DNA of 64,000 nucleotides, taken from the IMG/VR virus record IMGVR_UViG_3300045988_168611, positions 54,219 through 118,218 of that record. One strand, written 5' to 3'. Positions 9,537-17,789 of the stretch are shown piece after piece. Both the position numbers and the translations under genes were made by a program. Under the pieces are notes generated by a model that searched no databases, was not told where the DNA came from, and was given only the letters and a program-made list of their open reading frames with translations. The first letter of the stretch is position 1, and each line of letters begins with the position of its first letter. The DNA is from a virus.

Positions 9537-10124
9537 TTAGACGATCGGGCGCAACATATCCCTGATGCCGCAGATGAGTGCAGCGAGACCGTCAAGACCC
9601 TTAGCGTTTCGGTCGTAGGTCAAGTGTCGCGTATCTGTCCCGTGGGACAGATAGAGATCCCCAAGGGACCGAGAGCAATGCTCGATCATCACGTAGTCGC
9701 AGTCGTCGGATAGTGAACAGTCGATGTCATCGATCCCAGGAATGGTGTTCAGGAGGGTGACGGTATCTCGGATGCAATCCTTGAAGTTGAGAGTGTCAAC
9801 GTAAGACTGGAATGTCTCAGCGAATTCATCGATGCTCTCCATAATGTCAGGGTGGTTGTGTGCGAGTTCCTTGAGCACGCTGATCATGTTGTGTTGATCG
9901 GCATCCATGAAGCTCTGGGGGTACACCCGAGCTTCGCGCACAGAGAGCAGTTGTGACGGGTGGGTCGCTGTGCTCATCTGTCGGAAATAGTCACAGTTGA
10001 TGATGGCTTCGACCAACGTCGGCGCTTCGATGATTTGACTCTTTGGGGTGTACCTTCCCAGATTCTCATCGTACTGGTCGAGGACGATGATGTACTGTTT
10101 GTTCTTTCGTTCGGAGAGCAGCAT
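9537..10124 (-). CDS. Hypothetical protein (195 aa)
   Basis: Clean ORF in the minus-strand gene train. Confidence 0.6.
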   Translation of the reverse strand: MLLSERKNKQYIIVLDQYDENLGRYTPKSQIIEAPTLVEAIINCDYFRQMSTATHPSQLLSVREARVYPQSFMDADQHNMISVLKELAHNHPDIMESIDEFAETFQSYVDTLNFKDCIRDTVTLLNTIPGIDDIDCSLSDDCDYVMIEHCSRSLGDLYLSHGTDTRHLTYDRNAKGLDGLAALICGIRDMLRPIV

Positions 10125-10150
10125 GTTGCACCTCTTTCTTTGTCGTCGGT

Positions 10151-11176
10151 CTATTCGTTAGTTTCTCGCGTTGCGACAACACGGGTTGCAAGGTTGAGCA
10201 ACAACGGCATGTCACTGCGAGTCTCATCATGCTTGGCGCGATGTTCTAGGTAATGATCAAGAGTCTCGTAAATCAACCATGAGGCTGTTGCGTTGTCGAC
10301 AACGATGCTGTTCATCGCGATGCTGTCACCCGATGGCAAGCTGATCGTCTGTGGACTCACGCGCAACTGCAACAAGTTGTTGTAAATGTATTGCGCATAG
10401 GCCCATTCGTAGCGAGAGTGATCATGCTCGAAATTGTCGAGCGTGCGACCGAAGAAGCGCGAACGAGCAATGAGAGTATGGAGAACCGGTTCATACCAAT
10501 CGTGGTTTGGCCGCTTATCGGTGTTGATGTCAATGCTGTCGTATGTGGCGACCGGTGCATTGTTGATCTCTTCAGCAACAGAACGCCACAGGCTATCCCA
10601 CTTGTCGTAATCAATAGCTGATGCCACGGGCATCGGTGTGGGGTTGCGCGTATAGGTGACGAAATGGTTGCTCTGGAGGATTTCCCACCAGCCGTGTGGA
10701 CCCTTCAAGACTGCTTTGTTGGCTGCGATCGGCAAGCTATGGAACGATCGAGGCAAGGGGAGAATGAGATGGTAGCCCTTACCAGACAGTGACGTTTCTG
10801 CGTAGAGAGCGCCGATGGCGAGAAGCTCATCGCGTACGTCGTCGGGACATGTCTTCTCGATGTCGAGAACGACGCATCCCTGCGAAGGGGCGTCGACAAA
10901 CATAGCACAATTAGCGGCTGTAGGGAGACCAGCGGTGAGTTCATCGAGAGTGACGAGCACGCGTTCATCGCGCGCCCATGCGCCGCGCACAGGGCCTGGG
11001 TGTGAGCATTGTTCGGAGCAACCGGTGAGCAGATGCTTGATGTCGATTGGCATCTTTGAGGTTGGATCTGACACCGTCCAGATGGCACGAGGGCCAAGTA
11101 CATGCGTGATGATCTCGTTGTTATAGAACGAGGGGAACGCAGTACGGGGGTTGAATGTGTCTGAAGACACGGTCAT
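10151..11176 (-). CDS. Putative archaeo-eukaryotic primase (AEP) / prim-pol domain protein
   Basis: VVLDIEK (DxE) and SLSGKGYHL (sGxGxH) resemble AEP motifs I and II. Start trimmed to ATG 11176 because the track extension covers a 14-bp terminator hairpin (about 11241-11294). Confidence 0.5.
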   Translation of the reverse strand: MTVSSDTFNPRTAFPSFYNNEIITHVLGPRAIWTVSDPTSKMPIDIKHLLTGCSEQCSHPGPVRGAWARDERVLVTLDELTAGLPTAANCAMFVDAPSQGCVVLDIEKTCPDDVRDELLAIGALYAETSLSGKGYHLILPLPRSFHSLPIAANKAVLKGPHGWWEILQSNHFVTYTRNPTPMPVASAIDYDKWDSLWRSVAEEINNAPVATYDSIDINTDKRPNHDWYEPVLHTLIARSRFFGRTLDNFEHDHSRYEWAYAQYIYNNLLQLRVSPQTISLPSGDSIAMNSIVVDNATASWLIYETLDHYLEHRAKHDETRSDMPLLLNLATRVVATRETNE

Positions 11177-11324
11177 GAGTAGAGCCCTTTCGTGTCGACA
11201 TGTGATGTTGATGAGAGATGGGAAAGACGGGGAGAACGATGAGACGGATGCTGCTATTACTGCGTGGTGCAGTATGGAAGCAGCATCCGTCTCAATCATG
11301 TGTCGTTGACTCTATGAGCCTCTG

Positions 11325-12353
11325 TCAGATGGCCCAGGGGGAATCGACAGACGCCTCAGGAGCAACCGGCTGAGGCTGAGCCTCGGGGGTCACGCCGAAG
11401 GCAGACGCAGGATCGGCCTGAACGGGAGCCTGCTGCTGCGCGACAGCGTTGAGAATCTGTGCGGCCTGCGGATTAGGCGCAGCCTGTGCAGCAGCCGGAA
11501 CCACAGGAACAGCGGGCGCAACGGGCGCGACAGCCTGGGTCACCGGGGCGGGCATTGCCAGCCCCGAGGTGGCGTCGACCACCGTGTTCTGGGGCGCAGC
11601 CTGCTGAACAATGGGAGCAGCAGCAACAACCGGAACAGCAGGAGAGACAGGCTGGGCAACAGCCGGAGCCACAGGAGCGGCGACGGGTGCGGCAACCTGC
11701 TGGGCAGGCTCGTTCACGACAACGCCTTCCTGGGCGACGATCGGGCCGCTCAGCGTGATGCCGAGAGCCGCGAGTGCGTTGTTGTTAACAGCAGAATTGC
11801 CACCAGTGAACCATTCGGGCTCGCCATCGAAGATGATGGTCTGAAGGCCGATGCCGTTGTTGGCGTTCATACCAGACGAGTAGACGTTGAGAACAACGGT
11901 GACGAGCTGATCTCGTGCTGGCTCCGTTGGCATCGACATGGCCGACGCAGGGATCTCATCGTCCGTAATCTGCACAGCCTTGCCGTCGACAACCTTGAGA
12001 AGAACCGGCAAGCGGTTCCCCTTGTTGTCAATGCTCCAACGATTGCCTAGTTCGGGCTTATCGGGAGTCTGGAACAAACGCTCATAGACGTAGTACTCTT
12101 CCAGATCAGGCTGGCCATCGGGACTCTTGAAGACGACCTCAACGTTAGATAGCGAGAGCCGCGTGAGCGGCTTGTTGCGGTCCAACGGGTAGAACGGTGC
12201 ACCGGGCTTGCGCTTAGCACGACGGGTCTCGTTGAGCTTGTCGATGTCTTCAGGTCCCATGAGACTGCGCACACGGGCGTATTCGATCTTGCCTCGGAGG
12301 ATGATCGTAGAACCAGGGCGGATCTGCGATGCGGAAATCTGATGCTGAGCCAT
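11325..12353 (-). CDS. Possible gp2.5/DUF2815-like ssDNA-binding protein with A/P/V/Q low-complexity tail
   Basis: By recollection only, the N-terminal ~200 aa resemble phage DUF2815-type SSBs. The C-terminal ~130 aa are AP-rich and end in DSPWAI. The CDS itself is solid. Confidence 0.45.
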   Translation of the reverse strand: MAQHQISASQIRPGSTIILRGKIEYARVRSLMGPEDIDKLNETRRAKRKPGAPFYPLDRNKPLTRLSLSNVEVVFKSPDGQPDLEEYYVYERLFQTPDKPELGNRWSIDNKGNRLPVLLKVVDGKAVQITDDEIPASAMSMPTEPARDQLVTVVLNVYSSGMNANNGIGLQTIIFDGEPEWFTGGNSAVNNNALAALGITLSGPIVAQEGVVVNEPAQQVAAPVAAPVAPAVAQPVSPAVPVVAAAPIVQQAAPQNTVVDATSGLAMPAPVTQAVAPVAPAVPVVPAAAQAAPNPQAAQILNAVAQQQAPVQADPASAFGVTPEAQPQPVAPEASVDSPWAI

Positions 12354-12494
12354 AATATTGGTCTCCTTCGTGTTATATGTATGCGGATTGGATTATCCTG
12401 CTACACCAGTATAATCCATCCTTTTCTGACGCATGCGTGTATGATTGTTTGTGAGAGAATCTCACGTACACGTAACATCAGAAAGGAGGGTGTC

Positions 12495-12989
12495 ATGGGA
12501 GAGGATAAGAAGAGTGTTTCTTCAGTGAAGAACCCCAATGCTGTCTTTGTCGCATTGGGTGTCGTAGCTGTGGTGATCTTGGCTGTGTTGATGGCTGTGT
12601 GGTCCCACATCGGGTACCAACGACCAGCAACACAGTCTCAAGCCCACTCTGACCATCAAGTTTCTTCTCAATCACCCTCGGGACGCGGTAGCGTCTCCGA
12701 GAATCAACAATCGGGTGTACCACCGGTGAAACCGGTGGACACTCAAAAACCGTCTGAAACGCCAGGGGATGAGAAAGATCCGGTTCCCCCGGCGGTTCAG
12801 CCTGTCGATGGTAGCAATGTCAACGATGGCAGGGGTGCCAGCATTTATATCGTGCAGCCGGGGGATACGCTGTCGAGTATCTCGGCGGCGACCGGCGTGA
12901 GTGTCGACAAGATCGCTCAGGCTAACAGTCTTGTCGATGTCAATCGCATCTACAAGGATTCGGCCCTGGTGATCCCGCCGTCTCAGTGA
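12495..12989 (+). CDS. Membrane-anchored LysM peptidoglycan-binding protein
   Basis: N-terminal TM segment VFVALGVVAVVILAVLMAVW and C-terminal LysM YIVQPGDTLSSISAATGVSVDKIAQAN. Start at ATG 12495 follows GAAAGGAGGG. Confidence 0.8.
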   Translation: MGEDKKSVSSVKNPNAVFVALGVVAVVILAVLMAVWSHIGYQRPATQSQAHSDHQVSSQSPSGRGSVSENQQSGVPPVKPVDTQKPSETPGDEKDPVPPAVQPVDGSNVNDGRGASIYIVQPGDTLSSISAATGVSVDKIAQANSLVDVNRIYKDSALVIPPSQ

Positions 12990-13010
12990 TCTGATAGCGC
13001 GATGCACCCA

Positions 13011-13045
13011 CCAACACCCAGCCATTTGGCTGGGTGTTGGTTTTT
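13011..13045 (+). terminator. Rho-independent terminator of the LysM gene
   Basis: CCAACACCCAGCC (13011-13023) pairs with GGCTGGGTGTTGG (13028-13040), followed by TTTTT. Confidence 0.75.
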
Positions 13046-14375
13046 ATGCACCCTCATGGGTATCGAGTTGGGTGAGACTTTCGATTGCTTGCAGTCGACG
13101 AGCGATGACTGTTTCATGGCCGATACCTGCGCCATCGAGACGGAAGATCGCAGCGTCTGGCTGACCAATGAGATCATCGGGGAGATACGTCTGAGCCACG
13201 ACATGGTGCGGGTAGTCGTGGGGATACTTGTACCCCACACCGTTGCCGTATAGCTTCTTGGCGTCTTGGTAGTGTGCGTCGGCTAGATGCCCCGGCACAG
13301 GCAATGAGCCTGTGGTTCGCACCAGCTCGATTGCTCGATCGATCGCTTGGTAGGTAGCGTTCGACTTAGGAGCCGTGGCAACTGCGAGTGCTGCCTCAGC
13401 CAGCGGGATGCGCGCTTCTGGTAGTCCGATGAGCGCGACGCACTGTTGTGCAGCAACAGCAAGAGGCAGCACAGATGGGTCTGCGAGGCCCACATCTTCA
13501 GCTGCGTGGATGACGATTCGCCTGGCGATGAATCTAGGGTCTTCGCCTCCTTCAATGAGTCTGGCCAACCAGTACAGCGTTGCATCGGGATCGGAGCCCC
13601 TCATGGACTTGATGAAAGCAGACACGATGTTGTAGTGCTGGTCCCCATCGCGGTCGTAACGCTGGATAGCGTGTGGCGCAAGAGATGTCAGCATGTCGAT
13701 TGTGGCGGGTTGATTGCCACGCACGGCATCGAGAGTCTCCAAAAGCGTGAGCGCTTGTCGGGCATCGCCCGATGCATTCATAGCAATGGTACGAAGAACG
13801 TCATCGGGGATGGATGTGTCCTGTGGATCATGGCCTAGTCCATCTGGATGATGAATGGCCCGCTGGAGGATCTTGTAGATGTCGTCATCGGTGAGCGTTG
13901 ACAGCGTGACGACAATGCACCGGGACAAGAGCGCGCTGTTGACGGAGAAGCTAGGGTTCTCCGTCGTTGCACCGACAAGCCTGATAACGCCGTGTTCGGC
14001 CCCAGGAAGCAGCACGTCTTGCTGCGACTTGGAGAACCGATGGATCTCGTCGATGAAGACGATCGTTGGTGTGCCGTCTTCATTCAGATGATGCTGCGCG
14101 TCGGTGAGAACCTTTCGCACATCTGACACTTTGGCTGAGGTTGCTGATAATTCAACAAAGTGAATTCCGGCTGTTTCAGCCATGATGCGCGCGATCGTCG
14201 TTTTCCCACTTGCCGGAGGGGCGTACATGATGACGCTGATAGGTGGGGCGGATACATCGAGCATGTGGCGAATGATGGATCCTTCACCTAATGCAGCGTC
14301 CTGGCCAATAACGTCATCGATCGATGTCGGTCGAACTCTGACAGCTAAAGGTTGTCTGTGTTGAGGTCGGCTCAT
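13044..14375 (-). CDS. rarA: Replication-associated recombination protein A (RarA/MgsA AAA+ ATPase)
   Basis: VRPTSIDDVIGQD, Walker A APPASGKTT, Walker B IVFIDEIHRF, then GATTENPSFSVNSALLSRC and a MgsA-type C-terminal domain. Start at ATG 14375 follows GAAAGAGG. Confidence 0.85.
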   Translation of the reverse strand: MSRPQHRQPLAVRVRPTSIDDVIGQDAALGEGSIIRHMLDVSAPPISVIMYAPPASGKTTIARIMAETAGIHFVELSATSAKVSDVRKVLTDAQHHLNEDGTPTIVFIDEIHRFSKSQQDVLLPGAEHGVIRLVGATTENPSFSVNSALLSRCIVVTLSTLTDDDIYKILQRAIHHPDGLGHDPQDTSIPDDVLRTIAMNASGDARQALTLLETLDAVRGNQPATIDMLTSLAPHAIQRYDRDGDQHYNIVSAFIKSMRGSDPDATLYWLARLIEGGEDPRFIARRIVIHAAEDVGLADPSVLPLAVAAQQCVALIGLPEARIPLAEAALAVATAPKSNATYQAIDRAIELVRTTGSLPVPGHLADAHYQDAKKLYGNGVGYKYPHDYPHHVVAQTYLPDDLIGQPDAAIFRLDGAGIGHETVIARRLQAIESLTQLDTHEGA

Positions 14376-14405
14376 GGTGATCACCTCTTTCTCGTTGATA
14401 TGGGG

Positions 14406-14451
14406 ACGCAACGGCCCAGATTTACCTGAGTGGTTATCCAGGCCGTTGCGT
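14406..14451 (-). terminator. 11-bp hairpin downstream of the SNF2 gene
   Basis: ACGCAACGGCC (14406-14416) pairs with GGCCGTTGCGT (14441-14451). Confidence 0.5.
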
Positions 14452-14472
14452 GAATGTGATGGTGTTACATCA

Positions 14473-16044
14473 TCACGTCATGATGTCTTCGACGGTCTTC
14501 TCGACAGCATCGATGAGAGATTGCTGCAAGTGCTCTTTCTTCTCTAGGGCACCTGGGAGTTTCTCGTCGATCGTGCCTCGTGTGAGGATCTGATAGACGT
14601 TCACCGGATGTTGCTGACCCACACGATGCAGTCGTTTGTTCGTCTGCATGTAGTGCTCTAGCGACGCCGGAAGCGTGTACCACACGAGGGTGTGACCACC
14701 ATCTTGCAGGTTGAGCCCGTGCCCGGCAGATGCCGGGTGGATGAGCATGACCTGGATCTCACCGCGATTCCATGCTTCGTACATATCACGGGTGCCGTCA
14801 AAGACACGCACGTCATAGCCGTGGAACATGAGGTAGTTCGTGATGATGTCACGATCGCACGTGAAGTAATACGCGATGAGGACAGGGCTATCCTGCTGTC
14901 TGAGTAGATGCAACAGAGCTGTTACCTTGGCATTGTGCACGATCGCATACTGCCTCCCGTTGGGCGCAGTCAGAGACTGTGACGCGGTAGGGAGCATCGA
15001 GACATCGATGCGTACGCCGAACTGTTGGAGTTCTTCTTCGGTCTCTACGTCCTCGGTGTCATCGAGATAGATGGTTCCCGAAGCAAGCTGCACAAGCTTG
15101 GTGCGCAGCACTGCCTTGTTGGTTGCAGACACAGAGCTCAGCGTCCGGTCAGCTTGCGGATCGATACCTGCTGATTGGGCGATGTCGAGGACCAAGGTGT
15201 TGGCCAGCGTTCGGTATGCCTGACGTGAGTTGTTGCTCATGTCGACCATGATGTTGTGGAACGTCATGTCCGGGATCGGCTTGCGAGCAACTGTTGGAGC
15301 ACTCATCACTAGGTGGTTGATACGCTGGTAGATCGCTTCTTTCGCACCAGGGCGAGGTTGCCAGTTGACCTGTGTACCGTTGGCGAGACGCACTTTCGAT
15401 TCGAAGTACGTCATACGGTACTGGGTCATTGTTGGTCCAAGCGCTTGGCCCATATCGAGTAGATAGACTTGCGACCACAGGTCTTCCAGGCTGTTGGGCG
15501 CTGGTGTGCCCGATAGGAGCACCATGCGTGAGATCTGGCTACGTACAGCTCTGACAGCCTTGAATCGCTGCGATGACGCTGATTTGAAGCCCTGGGACTC
15601 GTCAATGATGACGGTCGGGAAGGGCCAGATCGGTGTCGGGAGCTTCTTACGATCGCGTGGATCAAGGGGTGGTAGCCATGTGACGAGATCGTAGATGAGC
15701 TCCTGGTTGATGAACCAAAGCGTTGGGGGTGTCGACGGATCGAGAAGCTCAGCGTAACGACTGAGTCGTTGTTCGCGGGAGAGCTTGCGATCCTTTTCGT
15801 CGACGATCAACGATCGAGCACGAACGTTGACACCCCATTTTTCGATCTCGGAGATCCACGAGAGCCTGGCGATCTTGATGGGTGCAATGATCAGCACATG
15901 CCCTGCTGGTTGGATTTTGGAGAGCGCATGAAGCGTTGCCAGTGACTTGCCACCTGACATATCCAGGAAGACGCCCGCATAGGGCCTCGTCTGGATGAAC
16001 TGGGAAGCAGCGGCTTGCTGATCCATCAGCACAGGGAATCCCAT
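14473..16044 (-). CDS. SNF2-family helicase
   Basis: DMSGGKS, VIIDESQGFKS (DExx), LLSGTPAPNSLEDLW and the C-terminal helicase motif HRVGQQHPV. Confidence 0.85.
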   Translation of the reverse strand: MGFPVLMDQQAAASQFIQTRPYAGVFLDMSGGKSLATLHALSKIQPAGHVLIIAPIKIARLSWISEIEKWGVNVRARSLIVDEKDRKLSREQRLSRYAELLDPSTPPTLWFINQELIYDLVTWLPPLDPRDRKKLPTPIWPFPTVIIDESQGFKSASSQRFKAVRAVRSQISRMVLLSGTPAPNSLEDLWSQVYLLDMGQALGPTMTQYRMTYFESKVRLANGTQVNWQPRPGAKEAIYQRINHLVMSAPTVARKPIPDMTFHNIMVDMSNNSRQAYRTLANTLVLDIAQSAGIDPQADRTLSSVSATNKAVLRTKLVQLASGTIYLDDTEDVETEEELQQFGVRIDVSMLPTASQSLTAPNGRQYAIVHNAKVTALLHLLRQQDSPVLIAYYFTCDRDIITNYLMFHGYDVRVFDGTRDMYEAWNRGEIQVMLIHPASAGHGLNLQDGGHTLVWYTLPASLEHYMQTNKRLHRVGQQHPVNVYQILTRGTIDEKLPGALEKKEHLQQSLIDAVEKTVEDIMT

Positions 16045-16075
16045 ATGAAGCCCTCCTTTCTATTTGCGTTTTGGG

Positions 16076-16846
16076 TTAGATGCCTACTACTTGAGGCTTG
16101 ACCAACGGTGGATGTTCACACAGAGTCATATGCTTCTGTGTGGCTAGGTATCGCCTTGTTTGCTTCTGCTTCCTGTAGGACTGTGCGGCTGCGTAAGTCT
16201 GCGCGGTCCATTGAAGGGCCATGCACGTCCTGACCCATTCGAGTGTGTAGTGCTCACCTGGGGTATTTTCAGGGTCGATGATGTCGCGCATGTCTTCTGA
16301 GTAGCTATAAGGATCGGGGTAGAAGGGGACATCAAGCAACTGTTCAAAAGGATGGCGAGAGTCGTCAAATGAGATAGCTTCGCGAATGGCGTTCATCGTG
16401 AGATCGATACGCTCATCATTGTGTGGATATTCATTGTCGACGTACCATTCTTTGATGAGATTCCTAACGTCCTCGAAGAAAGCATTGGTATCGATAGCCA
16501 TAATGGCTGCGTTCTTTGTGTGCTCGTTCATATCAAGCTTCTCAGCCCAATAACCGATGGCAATACCTTTATCATTGCAGAAGTCGAGCAACATATCCTG
16601 GTCGCCGTAGCGACGAAGTGTGAATGCACTCATCCAATCACCGTAGATGGTGATGGATCCCGGCGCAGTGATGACATCAAACGAGCAGTTGTTAGGTCCG
16701 ATGGGGTCATCGGGCCAATAGCAATGCAGGTGCTTGTATGCTTCTTGATCATGGCGGATGTCCATGACGTACTTGGATAGCCTGTGCGTTATATGATCTT
16801 TATCGGTTTGCGTGACGCGCGGTTCGTAGTAGACCATGGCATCCAC
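16076..16846 (-). CDS. Hypothetical protein (256 aa)
   Basis: Clean ORF, no motif recognised. Confidence 0.65.
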   Translation of the reverse strand: MDAMVYYEPRVTQTDKDHITHRLSKYVMDIRHDQEAYKHLHCYWPDDPIGPNNCSFDVITAPGSITIYGDWMSAFTLRRYGDQDMLLDFCNDKGIAIGYWAEKLDMNEHTKNAAIMAIDTNAFFEDVRNLIKEWYVDNEYPHNDERIDLTMNAIREAISFDDSRHPFEQLLDVPFYPDPYSYSEDMRDIIDPENTPGEHYTLEWVRTCMALQWTAQTYAAAQSYRKQKQTRRYLATQKHMTLCEHPPLVKPQVVGI

Positions 16847-16874
16847 CTTCTCTCTGTGTTCTCTCTGTTGCTTG

Positions 16875-17237
16875 TCAGTCCTGAGTATCGGGAGCGATCG
16901 CCTTGATGAAGTCCGGTCGGAATCCGGTCCAGAACGATGCGTCCATGTAGATAGACGTGTCGATCTCGTTTGTCAGTCGATGGTTCTTGACGAGAACGAC
17001 GGGTGCAGCCTGTGCACCAAGCGTCTGAGTGACGAACTCATACGCAGTCTTGTAACGCTGATCGGTGAGGCGGATCTCTTCGTTCTCAAGGTTCATCTCG
17101 TGGAAATTGATGCTGTTCTTACGCAGCAGTCGCTTGGTCTGGTCGCACTGGACGCATCTGGACTTGGTAAACACGATGACATCATGGTCCATCGTTGCAT
17201 CGAGCAACTCTCGATCGATAGTAATGTTGTCGGTCAT
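16875..17237 (-). CDS. NrdH/glutaredoxin-like redoxin with C-terminal extension
   Basis: VIVFTKSRCVQCDQTKRLL carries a CxxC thioredoxin-fold motif. Start trimmed to ATG 17237, which follows AAGGAGA. Confidence 0.7.
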   Translation of the reverse strand: MTDNITIDRELLDATMDHDVIVFTKSRCVQCDQTKRLLRKNSINFHEMNLENEEIRLTDQRYKTAYEFVTQTLGAQAAPVVLVKNHRLTNEIDTSIYMDASFWTGFRPDFIKAIAPDTQD

Positions 17238-17250
17238 AGGTTGTATCTCC

Positions 17251-17550
17251 TTACGTTGGTTGGTCATTGAGCAGCTGTAGCTCATTGATAATACTGTCGA
17301 CTTCTTCTCGTGTGTACGCGGTGTACACGAGTGCGCCACTACGGCGCATATGGGTGATGACTCGGATTTGTTGGCGTCTGAGGGAGCCGTTGTCGCTCTT
17401 TGTTTCAACGAAACAGGTGGTAGCCGGAGTGACAATGATCTGATCGGGAACACCTCGCATACCGGGGGAGGTGAACTTTGCAGTCCACCACCCCCGGCGT
17501 CGACATTCATCGACAAGATAGCCCTCAACGTAGTGTTCAGGGCGACCCAT
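17251..17550 (-). CDS. VRR-NUC domain nuclease
   Basis: GVPDQIIV...CFVETKS...LRRQQ matches the PD-(D/E)xK pattern of the VRR-NUC type. Start at ATG 17550 follows AGGAGG. Confidence 0.7.
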   Translation of the reverse strand: MGRPEHYVEGYLVDECRRRGWWTAKFTSPGMRGVPDQIIVTPATTCFVETKSDNGSLRRQQIRVITHMRRSGALVYTAYTREEVDSIINELQLLNDQPT

Positions 17551-17767
17551 TGGCGATGACCTCCTGCTTATGAGCAGCGTGCCAACGAATACGGGCTCTG
17601 TCTGACGTGAGGGGGTCAGACATGATCCCGCATGAACACTTGGCACGACCCTTGACGTTGGTCTGGTCATCCGGTCCCACTTCGGGGAAGATTCGATCAC
17701 CCCACTTGGTGAACGGCTTCCCCTCAGCGATGAGGGTATGGCCTCGTACACGTACTTGCTTAGGCAT
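17537..17767 (-). CDS. Hypothetical small basic protein (76 aa)
   Basis: It fills the gap between the polymerase and nuclease genes and overlaps the next start by 14 nt. Confidence 0.4.
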   Translation of the reverse strand: MPKQVRVRGHTLIAEGKPFTKWGDRIFPEVGPDDQTNVKGRAKCSCGIMSDPLTSDRARIRWHAAHKQEVIANGSP

Positions 17768-17789
17768 CGTTGTGCTCCCTTCTGTTGTT

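Noticed and set aside
16875-17528. Long N-terminal extensions given by the ORF track for many genes (for example 16875-17528, 41675-42481, 46029-46583, 29469-30317, 28241-29536)
   Set aside because: The extensions overlap upstream genes or terminator hairpins, encode R/S/P-rich junk and lack an SD. Internal ATGs with AGGAGG-type SDs give proteins that start at conserved or sensible N-termini, so the starts were moved.
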